From: Saprospiraceae bacterium
Lineage (GTDB): Bacteria > Bacteroidota > Bacteroidia > Chitinophagales > Saprospiraceae
Direction: 5' to 3'
Assembly (NCBI GenBank): GCA_965223165.1
Contig: CBDCVQ010000009.1
Location: forward strand, 119,544-183,543
DNA: 64,000 bases
Shown here: positions 37,231-46,046 of the stretch, piece after piece
Layout: every line of letters begins with the position of its first letter
Position numbering within the stretch: position 1 is the stretch's first letter
The notes under the pieces: generated by a model
What the model saw: the letters and a program-made list of their open reading frames with translations, nothing else
What the model was told of the DNA's origin: nothing
The model's database searches: none
Translations under genes and position numbers: made by a program

Positions 37231-39663
37231 GTGCTATTCAACTACTTAAAGATCATCAGCCGTACATTGATGAAGTATCGGTACTTCACTGCCATCCATG
37301 TGGCGGGGTTGTCCTTGGGTCTTACCTGCTGCCTGCTTATCAGCTTCTTCATCCGTCATGAGTTCAGCTTTGACCGTCATCACCTAAAAGGTGACCGAAT
37401 CTATCGCATCGGCGTCGTGGAGACGAGTCCTCACGGGATACGGCATTCGGGTGGCACACCATATCCATGTGGTGAGGCAATGCGCCTTGATTTTGAAGAC
37501 CTGGAGCAAGTGGTGCAGATCTACCAGGCAGGCGAAGTGGGGCTGAAATTACCAGGTGGTACACGTTATCCGGTCGAAAACATCGTGTTTGCGGAGCCGT
37601 CGTTTGTGGATGTCTTTGACATCAAGACCAGCCGTGGAGATATCTCACACTCTTTGAGCACGCCCAACCGCGCCGTCATTGATGAGACGACCGCTCGACT
37701 CCTATTTGGCGATGATGACCCCCTGGGTCAGGTGCTGAGCGTCAATAATGTCATCACTGTCGAAGTGGGTGCCGTCATGCAAGATTTGCCCACAAATACG
37801 CACTTGCCGGCATCCATCATGCTGTCACATGAATCACTCAGTGCCGAATTTGTGGGTATAGAAATAAAAAACTGGGGAGTGACTGTGGGCGGCGCCACCT
37901 ACGTCTTACTTCCTCCCGGCATCCCACCCTCCACCTATGAGGGACGACTCCAGGCATTTGCTGACAAATACATGAACAGTGAGGAAGACAGTGGCTTCTC
38001 GCATGCATTGACGCTTCAAGCTCTGGCCGACATTCACTTTCAACCCCACTACTCAAGTAATTCGCCCGTTACTCCGATCCGGCCCATCTACCTTTGGATC
38101 TTCGCTTGTATCGGCCTGCTGGTGCTGGCCATCGCATCATTCAATTTTATAAATCTTTCCACGGTCCAGGCCCTGAAGCGACATAAGGAGGTAGGCGTAC
38201 GTAAGGTGCTCGGAGCCAATCGCCGTCAATTGATGCAGCAATTTCTAGGAGAGGCACTGATCATAAGTTTTGTTGCGGGCGTCCTAGCCTGCGCCTTCGC
38301 CATGTTTAGCCTGCCCTATGTCAATGACTTACTTAACAAGCAGATCGACACGGCGATCTTTTCGTACCTACCTAATGGCCTGATCATCGTGGGACTACCG
38401 CTGCTGATCGGAATCCTGTCTGGCATCTATCCCGCGCTGGTACTTTCTCGTTACGAGCCAGCCAGCGCCCTGGTACCTTCCCACCGAAGGGGTCGCAGTG
38501 GAAGCCAGTGGTTGCGGAGATCGCTGGTCGTTGCCCAATACACCATCACGATCGGCTTAATTATAGGGACCATTGTCGTGTCGCGACAGGTCAGATACAT
38601 GGAAGGCAAAGACCTTGGATTTCAAAAGCAAGGCATTGTGATGCTGGACATCCCTCAGCAGGATCAACTGGAGCCGTTGCGCAGTGAATGGCTCAGAGAT
38701 CCTTCGATCCATCAGGTTACGTTCACGCTCGGCGCCCCCACCTCCGTCAACAACATAGGCACATCCTTCCATCCCAAAGGCATGGACCCAAGCGTACATA
38801 CCTACCGCATGGACCTAAAAACGGTGGACTATGCCTATGCGGACACCTACGACCTTGAATTAGTTGCAGGGCGGTGGATGACCAAAGAGGAGGATCGACG
38901 TGCGGCATTGGAGGTACCAAGCGAAGATAGATCATACGTCTTTGTCGTTAATGAAGCCCTTGCCAAGCAAGTGGGGCATGCAGACCCTGCAGCCATGGTG
39001 GGTCAACGCCTGATTACTGGCATCAACGACATAGAGGCTGAGGTCATCGGTGTGGTTAAGGACTTTCACTCCACATCACTGCACAATGAAATTGAACCCA
39101 CGCTGTTCATCCATTTCCCCCGGTTGGATTATCGAGCGGGACTGAAAATTGATCTCGCGGATACTAAGGCCACGTTGGCACATATTGAAGATGTTTGGAC
39201 ACGTCAGTTTCCGGATGATTATTTCAACGCCACCTTTTTGGACGAGACGATTGCACTGCTGTACGACAATGAGCAACGACTTTTTCAGCTCTTCCGGATA
39301 TTCACAACCCTGGCCATTGTCATAGGAGCACTTGGCCTGTTTGGCCTAGTCAGCTACATCGTGGAGCTGCGGACCAAGGAGATCGGCATCCGGAAGGTGT
39401 TGGGCGCCACCGTAGGAAGTATATTACTGCTGGTGTCCAAGGAATTTATCATGATTGTCGGCAGTGCCATCCTGCTCGCGATTCCGATGGCCTGGTATTG
39501 CATGGAACGCTGGCTGCAGAACTTTGCATTCCACATTAATTTGGGGCTAGGAATATTTGTGTTGGCCATATTGATCACTTTTTCGATCACAATTGGCGCT
39601 GTGGGATTTCAGAGCGCAAGGGCCGCATTGATGAATCCGGTGGATTCGCTGAGAAACGAATAA
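37231..39663 (+). CDS. Duplicated FtsX/MacB-type ABC permease (paralog 3), GTG start
   Basis: 810 aa. The N-terminus MLFNYLKIISRTL aligns with the other paralogs only if GTG 37231 is the start. Motifs are FNFINLSTVQALKRHKEVGVRKVLGA and LRTKEIGIRKVLGAT; the C-terminus is NPVDSLRNE. Confidence 0.9.
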   Translation: MLFNYLKIISRTLMKYRYFTAIHVAGLSLGLTCCLLISFFIRHEFSFDRHHLKGDRIYRIGVVETSPHGIRHSGGTPYPCGEAMRLDFEDLEQVVQIYQAGEVGLKLPGGTRYPVENIVFAEPSFVDVFDIKTSRGDISHSLSTPNRAVIDETTARLLFGDDDPLGQVLSVNNVITVEVGAVMQDLPTNTHLPASIMLSHESLSAEFVGIEIKNWGVTVGGATYVLLPPGIPPSTYEGRLQAFADKYMNSEEDSGFSHALTLQALADIHFQPHYSSNSPVTPIRPIYLWIFACIGLLVLAIASFNFINLSTVQALKRHKEVGVRKVLGANRRQLMQQFLGEALIISFVAGVLACAFAMFSLPYVNDLLNKQIDTAIFSYLPNGLIIVGLPLLIGILSGIYPALVLSRYEPASALVPSHRRGRSGSQWLRRSLVVAQYTITIGLIIGTIVVSRQVRYMEGKDLGFQKQGIVMLDIPQQDQLEPLRSEWLRDPSIHQVTFTLGAPTSVNNIGTSFHPKGMDPSVHTYRMDLKTVDYAYADTYDLELVAGRWMTKEEDRRAALEVPSEDRSYVFVVNEALAKQVGHADPAAMVGQRLITGINDIEAEVIGVVKDFHSTSLHNEIEPTLFIHFPRLDYRAGLKIDLADTKATLAHIEDVWTRQFPDDYFNATFLDETIALLYDNEQRLFQLFRIFTTLAIVIGALGLFGLVSYIVELRTKEIGIRKVLGATVGSILLLVSKEFIMIVGSAILLAIPMAWYCMERWLQNFAFHINLGLGIFVLAILITFSITIGAVGFQSARAALMNPVDSLRNE

Positions 39664-39799
39664 ACGTGGGTGCGACCCAAGGGCTGGCGCAGCACCATCC
39701 TGCATTGGGAGGGTAATCCCGAACGATTTTTTTAAGAAAAGTAGGTCGCCTAAACCAATCATTGGACTCATGGCTGCCACAACCGAAAGTACGATTACT

Positions 39800-42241
39800 A
39801 TGTGGAGAAATCATCTGATGGTGGCTATCCGGAGTCTCTCCAAAAAGAGATTCTACACGATCATCAACATAGCTGGCCTTGCCTTGGGATTAATGGCGGC
39901 CATCTTTATCTGGCAGGACGTCTCTTACGAACGGAGCTTTGACGAGTTCCATGACCACGCGAATCGAATTTTTCGATTGGCAACCGTCTTTGAGACCCAT
40001 GGGGGACAGTTGGAGAATGACGCCTCCAATGCCGCGCCTGTCGGGCCGGCCCTGAAGGCCGAATTTGCCGAGGTCGAAGATTTTGTCCGGATCTCGCCTG
40101 AGTACGGACGCATGGTCTTGCAATACGGGGACCAGACCCACGAGCAACACAAAGTCTATTATGTAGATTCTAATTTCCTTCAGTTTTTTGATCACGAAAT
40201 CATCCAGGGAGATCCGCATACTGCCTTGGTGGCCCCCTACTCCATCGTCCTGACAAGATCCGCGGCGGAACGCTACTTTGGCCCGCGCGAACATTGGACA
40301 GAGACCTATGTCGGTAGAAGCTTGCGGGTCAATCAAACCGCTGACTACCAGATCACCGCGATTATTGAGGACCCGCCCCCAAATACTCACTTTAGGTTCG
40401 GCTCCCTCCTTTCCTTTACCACCTTTCCGATCACCAATGGCGATCCCAGCAACGAATGGGAGTGGAATGATTTTTACACCTACATCCTTTTGGGAGAGGC
40501 TGCGCAAATGCACGACCTGGAGCCTAAGCTGCGCGCCTTTGCCGACAGACACATCAATCAAAAAGGAACCGAGGGCTATACCGTCTCGTACTTGCCTCAA
40601 TCCCTCAAGGGCATTCATTTAAATTCCAGGTTAGGGTACGAATTGCAAGCGAATGGAGATGCGACCACGACTAATTTCTTATTTCTAATCGCAGTCTGTA
40701 TTCTTCTGATCGCATGGGCAAATTACATCAACCTCTCCACCGCTCAAGCAGAGGACCGAGCTGAAGAAGTGGGTATTCGAAAGGTGATTGGGGCCAATCG
40801 GCGCTCGCTAATCACCCAATTTTTGATCGAAGCATTGGTGGTAAATACCAGCGCAGTAGCACTAGCAATATTATTGGTATTTCTCCTGCAGCCATGGATG
40901 AATGCGCTGACGGGCAAGACCCTCGAAGCCTTTGCCTATTTTCCCATTTCCGTGCCCGGTGTCTTTCTGCTCCTGTCCATTGGCAGCACCTTAATCTCGG
41001 GCATCTATCCATCCGTAGTCTTGTCTGGCTATTCACCGTCAAAATCCCTGCAACCTCAAATGCGCGGTGGTCCGCAGCAGTGGCTGAGGAAAGGCCTCGT
41101 GACCTTCCAGTATATGTCCTCGATCGTTTTGATCATTGGGACCTTTGTCGTTTTCAGGCAATTGGACTTTATGAAAAGCGCCGACCTTGGTTTCTCGGCA
41201 GATCACAAATTAATTCTCAATGCTCCATCCATCTATACGGATTCGGTGCACCACCTGCGCTACCAGACGTTCAAAACCAAACTTCTCCAGCATCCCACGA
41301 TATCCAGCGTCACGGCCTCATCAGCGATACCCGGCAAGTTTTACAACGACCTGGATAACTGGGGAGGCATCCGTATGCAGAGTGCCGACGACAGCCAAAA
41401 AGCGAGTTTTACCCTCTACCGGGTGGACGACCACTATTATGAGACCTACGGCTTGCAGGTCATCGCCGGCCAGGCCTTTTCCAATGAGACCACTGCTGAC
41501 GACCGCTCGCTGGCGGTCAATGAGGCAGCCCTTCAATTGCTCGGATTTGATGATCCAAAGGAAGCGATCGGCCAGAAAGTCCGTATGCAAAGTGATCGCC
41601 GCATATTTCCTATCTCCAACGTATTTCGAAACTATCACCACAAGTCGCTCCGTCACAATCACGAACCCACCATTCTTTGGAATTTCATTCCAGATCCCCT
41701 GTATTATTCCATCAAGTATCATGAAAGTGCCTCAGCCGAACCCAACCAACTGCTCCGCACGGTCTCGGAGATTTGGGAGGAAGTGTTTCCTGACAACCCC
41801 TTTGTACACACCTTCTTTGAAGACCAATACAATGACCAGTACACATCTGACAGCCGCCTGGGAAGGATCATAGCAGTCTTTGCCCTTTTTGCCGTTTTCA
41901 TCGCTTGTCTAGGCATCTTAGGCATGACTTCCTATATGATCGCCATGCGCACCAAAGAATTGGGCATTCGAAAAGTGCTTGGAGCCAGTGTCCGGAGCAT
42001 TGTGCTGGTCCTGTCAATGGATTTCGTTTGGCTAATTGTGCTTGCCTCACTCGTGGCTATTCCGATTGCCTTTGTCCTTGCCAGCAGGTGGCTCGAAAAC
42101 TTTGCCTACAAGACCTCTCTGGATTGGTGGCTATTTGCTACCGCTGGGGTGCTGACGCTGGTCACCGCGATGGTCACCGTCAGCTTTCAAAGCGTCCGAG
42201 CGGCCTTGAAGAATCCGATCGATGCCCTTCGTACCGAATAA
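39800..42241 (+). CDS. Duplicated FtsX/MacB-type ABC permease (paralog 4)
   Basis: ATG 39800 (MWRNHLMVAIRSL) was chosen by alignment with the paralog N-termini; the ORF is open from 39770. Motifs are ANYINLSTAQAEDRAEEVGIRKVIGA and MRTKELGIRKVLGAS; the C-terminus is NPIDALRTE. Confidence 0.9.
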   Translation: MWRNHLMVAIRSLSKKRFYTIINIAGLALGLMAAIFIWQDVSYERSFDEFHDHANRIFRLATVFETHGGQLENDASNAAPVGPALKAEFAEVEDFVRISPEYGRMVLQYGDQTHEQHKVYYVDSNFLQFFDHEIIQGDPHTALVAPYSIVLTRSAAERYFGPREHWTETYVGRSLRVNQTADYQITAIIEDPPPNTHFRFGSLLSFTTFPITNGDPSNEWEWNDFYTYILLGEAAQMHDLEPKLRAFADRHINQKGTEGYTVSYLPQSLKGIHLNSRLGYELQANGDATTTNFLFLIAVCILLIAWANYINLSTAQAEDRAEEVGIRKVIGANRRSLITQFLIEALVVNTSAVALAILLVFLLQPWMNALTGKTLEAFAYFPISVPGVFLLLSIGSTLISGIYPSVVLSGYSPSKSLQPQMRGGPQQWLRKGLVTFQYMSSIVLIIGTFVVFRQLDFMKSADLGFSADHKLILNAPSIYTDSVHHLRYQTFKTKLLQHPTISSVTASSAIPGKFYNDLDNWGGIRMQSADDSQKASFTLYRVDDHYYETYGLQVIAGQAFSNETTADDRSLAVNEAALQLLGFDDPKEAIGQKVRMQSDRRIFPISNVFRNYHHKSLRHNHEPTILWNFIPDPLYYSIKYHESASAEPNQLLRTVSEIWEEVFPDNPFVHTFFEDQYNDQYTSDSRLGRIIAVFALFAVFIACLGILGMTSYMIAMRTKELGIRKVLGASVRSIVLVLSMDFVWLIVLASLVAIPIAFVLASRWLENFAYKTSLDWWLFATAGVLTLVTAMVTVSFQSVRAALKNPIDALRTE

Positions 42242-42259
42242 GCAATTCCAAGATCGGAT

Positions 42260-42397
42260 CAATTTCAATGGCAATTTCAATTTCAATGGCAATGGCAATT
42301 TCGATGGCAATGGCAATTTCAATGGCAATGGCAATGACAATTTCGATGGCAATGGCAATTTCAATGGCAATGGCAATTTCAATGGCAATGACAGTGG
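42260..42397 (+). repeat. Hexanucleotide tandem array (CAATKK), 23 units, with an 18-bp higher-order unit CAATTT-CAATGG-CAATGG
   Basis: Parsed unit by unit from the sequence. Variants are CAATTT, CAATGG, CGATGG, CAATGA and CAGTGG. It starts 18 nt after the paralog-4 stop codon. Confidence 0.95.
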
Positions 42398-42502
42398 TCG
42401 CCAGGCCGTGTGATCATCCAGATATACCAAACACTAATCATTTGGCAGTAATGACAAGCTAACCTGGCGGCCTTCTACCTTGCTACGCTACCTTGTCAAA
42501 AA

Positions 42503-42892
42503 ATGCTGCTTATGAATGCCTCTCTTCCTCTTCAACTTGCACTGGCTGCCTACCACGGATTTGCCAGGGGCGACATGCATCCATTATTTGCCATGCTGGC
42601 AGAGGACATCGTCTGGACGAATCACAGCTCCAGTCCCTACTCGCCTTTTGCCGGTGTCCACTACGGCATTGAGGGAGTAAAATCCTATTTCAGCCATATG
42701 CCGGAGATCGATCAAGAGCGGTTCGCGATTCAGGCCATCGCTGAACAAAATGGATATGTGATGGTCACCATCGACCGAAAGGCCACCTACCTGGCTGCTG
42801 ATAAAATACATGAAGGGCAGATCGCCCACGTGCTCCACTTTGAGGAGGGCAAACTGCGACGTATGGATATTTACGAGCACCGGTACGGTTAA
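42503..42892 (+). CDS. SnoaL-like / NTF2-fold small protein
   Basis: 129 aa. Pattern LALAAYHGFARGDMHPLFAMLAEDIVWTNH...HVLHFEEGKLRRMDIY is typical of SnoaL-like/ketosteroid-isomerase-like domains. The start could be the ATG at 42512. Confidence 0.55.
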   Translation: MLLMNASLPLQLALAAYHGFARGDMHPLFAMLAEDIVWTNHSSSPYSPFAGVHYGIEGVKSYFSHMPEIDQERFAIQAIAEQNGYVMVTIDRKATYLAADKIHEGQIAHVLHFEEGKLRRMDIYEHRYG

Positions 42893-43025
42893 ACCATCTG
42901 CGAGACCATGGCGATCGCTCGCTCGTCTACGGCAACTGGTCCGGATACCTAGCATTCAGAGCGAGTCTCGTTGTGACTCTGGCAAAGTCGTGCTAACTTA
43001 AGGCTAGTCGAATCTCGATGACTAA

Positions 43026-44234
43026 ATGTCCATTCGCAATACCTGGCTTTCGATCCTGTGCATTTTCTGTTCTGGTTGCATACCGGAGGATGAAGGACTG
43101 ATGTATCCTGCGGATCCATTGGCAGACGCAGAAGCACGTAGCATCTGTGTCGTTCAGGAGGAATGGACCCAGCCCAACGACGGCGCTCTTTCCCTGGATC
43201 TGCTCTTTGTGATGGACGACTCCGAGTCGATGAGCGACAATCGAAATGCGATGGCCTCGGGCATTCCGCGATTCCTGGAGGTATTGGATTCACTTGGGGT
43301 AAACTACTGCACGGGCTTAATGCTCGCCTACGCCGATGAGCCTGAAAAGTCCGGTCGCTTTGTCGCAGCCGATGGCTCTGAACTCGTGCTTTGTCGAAAG
43401 GACTGGACCACCACTGAACTGACCGCTCGACTGCTGGAGAATATTCTTAGTGTCTCCACCAACAGCGTCACGGGAGAGGCTGGCTTGTACAGTCTGAAAG
43501 AGGCGGTCACGACTCACCTCGACGAAAATCAAGCACTGGGTTTCTTTGCCGATGGTGCCGCGCTGGCGATCGTCTTCATGAGTGATGAAAATGACATCAG
43601 TGAGTCCCGAGATCCGGGTGGATGCCCTACTGGACCCTATACCTTTCAACCCCAGGGTCGGTCGACCGTCGGCAATAATTGTGCGGAGGCCGAGGTGCGC
43701 CATAGATTTTATTCTTCCGAAGACGGTTTCCTTCGCTGGGGTTACCGACAGGTCTTTGGCAGCGTTCTGGATCTCAAAGGCAATGATCCCATTTTTGCTT
43801 CTTCGATCGTGCATCTGCCGGGGGACGACGTGCACGAGAGTGAAGATTACGGGTATGGCTATATCGAGTTTACCGAGCTGGCTCCGCAGGGACAATTAAT
43901 TAACCTAAACCTATTGGGCGCATCAGATTTGGATTCCTTCTATCAGGAGTTCATTCGATTTGCCGAATTGCTGGGCAGTATTACCTACCGACAAAGCGCC
44001 TTTCGACTCAGCCAATCAACCTGGCGAGGTTCGCCCAGAGTTTTTGTCGACGGAGTCCAGCTGCCTAAGGAGGCCGTAGGTGGCGACGAAGACACGGTGA
44101 TCCTTGACCCTAGATTTGTCGGTGGACCGGGCTCGCAAATCACGATATTTTATACGCCCAGACAGGGTTGTGATAATAAGCCCGCGCTGATCGAGAAAAT
44201 GGATCACAAGGGCTTCAAAAAGAAGCTGGGGTAA
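43026..44234 (+). CDS. Hypothetical lipoprotein with a vWA-like (MIDAS D-x-S-x-S) domain
   Basis: Lipobox IFCSGCIP, then LDLLFVMDDSESMSDN (MIDAS-like DxSxS), with a later IVFMSDEND. No closer family was recognised. Confidence 0.5.
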   Translation: MSIRNTWLSILCIFCSGCIPEDEGLMYPADPLADAEARSICVVQEEWTQPNDGALSLDLLFVMDDSESMSDNRNAMASGIPRFLEVLDSLGVNYCTGLMLAYADEPEKSGRFVAADGSELVLCRKDWTTTELTARLLENILSVSTNSVTGEAGLYSLKEAVTTHLDENQALGFFADGAALAIVFMSDENDISESRDPGGCPTGPYTFQPQGRSTVGNNCAEAEVRHRFYSSEDGFLRWGYRQVFGSVLDLKGNDPIFASSIVHLPGDDVHESEDYGYGYIEFTELAPQGQLINLNLLGASDLDSFYQEFIRFAELLGSITYRQSAFRLSQSTWRGSPRVFVDGVQLPKEAVGGDEDTVILDPRFVGGPGSQITIFYTPRQGCDNKPALIEKMDHKGFKKKLG

Positions 44235-44261
44235 GCGCATGGAAGCGCCCCCGCAAGAAAG

Positions 44262-45484
44262 TCAAACAGCTACCCTGGGCAGCGACGGATTAAGGTGCAT
44301 AAATAGATCATAGATCGAGACTCCGGTCTTGGTCGAAATCCAATTCGGATCGATCTCCGGCGAACCAGATCCTATCAGGGTAGCAATATCACCCACCCGC
44401 ACCGTTTGCTCTTGGCCGATCTCCAAGATGGTGTGACTGGCGGATACTGCGCCAATGACGGGATAAGTCTTGGATCCGATCGAGACAACCGCACCTTTGG
44501 TCGCTGCTCTGGGATAACCATCTGCGTGTCCCACAGGAAGGGTCGCCACCCACGTAGGCTCCGTTGCCACGTATCTCCTTCCGTAACTCACGCTATCTCC
44601 GGCCCCCAATCGCGCCACTCTCACTACCCTTGCTTTTAGTCGCACCGTGCAAGCCAGATCGGCTGATGGTCTCTGCCTGGCTGGGTCGTTTGGATAGCCG
44701 CCGTATAGCGCCATGCCGGGACGCACCATATCGAGATGCGCGGCAGACAAGTCGAAGACCGCACTGGAGGAGGCTGCATGCAGCACCCCAATGGCTACAC
44801 CCTGCGACCTTGCTTGCTCGGCCACCGATAAAAACCGATCCAACTGCTCGACATCAAAATCCGGATCTCCGTAAAGCCCATAAACATGCCCTCGATCGCG
44901 ACCATTCCTGCGTCGTGTAGTTTGGTGAGCCAGGGCAGGGCTTTGCGATAAGGCATACCCATGCGACTCATGCCCGTATCTAAGTACACTTGGGCTGAAA
45001 TGGGCGCTGCCTTTCGACCACTCATGGCTGCAATCAGATCGAAGTCGTCCTCAGAATAGAGACAAGGTTGAATATTTCGATGCACCAATTCGGCAGCGAG
45101 GGTTTGAGGCACCCGAGCCATCAGATGGATCGGTTTAGTAATCCCCGCATCTCGCAAAGCAAAAGCCGAAGCGGCCTTGACCACCGCAAAGCCAGCAATC
45201 TCAGGCCGAGACTCCAGATAGCTGCCTGCCTGGATCAGGCCTAATCCATAGGCATTGTTTTTTACCACCGCAAGAATGGGCCTGCCCCCTCCCAGGCGAT
45301 GCACCTCCTCTACATTGTGCCATAATGCTGCCCGATCCACCTCTATCCAGGGATCGAAACGGTCTTTATCGAGCTGTCCTTCCCCTACCATTGAGCCCTG
45401 ATGTCCAAGAAGAGAGCTGCCGAGGCCGGTCGCGGCCACAGATAGAGCCGCCTGTTTCATAAATGTACGTCGAGGTTGTGCCAT
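44262..45484 (-). pseudogene. alr: Alanine/amino-acid racemase (PLP, fold type III) with a Tat signal, interrupted by a 1-nt frameshift near 44867
   Basis: The N-terminal ORF runs from ATG 45484 (MAQPRRTFMKQAAL..., VVKNNAYGLG PLP-Lys motif ... GMFMGFTE). The C-terminal ORF ends at 44262 (FLSVAEQ...HAASSSAVFD...DMVRPGMALYGG...VSYGRRY). Inserting one base at GGATCTCC (44863-44870) restores ...GFTEDPDFDVEQLDRFLSVAEQ. Confidence 0.75.
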
Positions 45485-45669
45485 GGTATTGATGCAAATC
45501 AAGAAATGCGAGAAATGAGATGCCCTTACCAAATATATCAATTCCAACCTCAGGTAGAGGCCAGCCTTGGCTCCTGCTCGTACGCTAATTTGCTGGCTTA
45601 GACCACAACGAATCTTCCCCTTCCTGCAACCTTGACTCAGTTTTGTCCGTCCTTGATATATACCTGATT

Positions 45670-45695
45670 TGTAGTTTATTTTAATAATAACTACA
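45670..45695. promoter_or_regulatory. Candidate PadR operator: inverted repeat TGTAGTT-N12-AACTACA
   Basis: Read directly as TGTAGTTTATTTTAATAATAACTACA, 19-44 nt upstream of the padR ATG at 45714, in an AT-rich spacer. Confidence 0.4.
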
Positions 45696-45713
45696 TTTAA
45701 GGCAAATAAGCCT

Positions 45714-46046
45714 ATGAGTAGACATCACCTGGGAGAATTTGAAGAGATCGTCATGCTGACTGTAGCCATCCTGCACGGGGAGGCATATGGTATTGCCATC
45801 TTAAATGAAATCGAGGACCGTCTCCATCGCAAGGTGAGTATCGGCTCGCTTCAGACCGTGTTGCGGCGGCTCGAAGACAAGGGCTATCTCAGTTCTGAGC
45901 TTGGTGAGGCCACAGCGGTACGGGGAGGAAAACGAAAGCGATTCTTTCAGGTGACAAATTACGGAAAGAAAGTGCTGACACAGACGAAGGAGCAACGAAT
46001 GTCTCTTTGGAAAGCTATTCCTAAAATCGCCTGGGATCGCTCATGA
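45714..46046 (+). CDS. PadR-family transcriptional regulator (short, 110 aa)
   Basis: LGEFEEIVMLTVAILHGEAYGIAILNEI...GSLQTVLRRLEDKGYLSSELGEATAVRGGKRKRFFQVT. Its stop overlaps the next start (ATGA). Confidence 0.9.
   Translation: MSRHHLGEFEEIVMLTVAILHGEAYGIAILNEIEDRLHRKVSIGSLQTVLRRLEDKGYLSSELGEATAVRGGKRKRFFQVTNYGKKVLTQTKEQRMSLWKAIPKIAWDRS

Noticed and set aside
42222-42462. ORFs across the hexamer array encoding NFNGNGNF..., MAISMAMAISM... and, on the minus strand, PLKLPLPLKL... repeat peptides
   Set aside because: They are pure translations of the CAATKK repeat, open in several frames at once. The repeat-peptide frame relative to the upstream permease stop differs between arrays (+1 at 42241 and 54115, +2 at 57103). 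That rules out a consistent frameshift or readthrough extension. No credible independent start context was seen.
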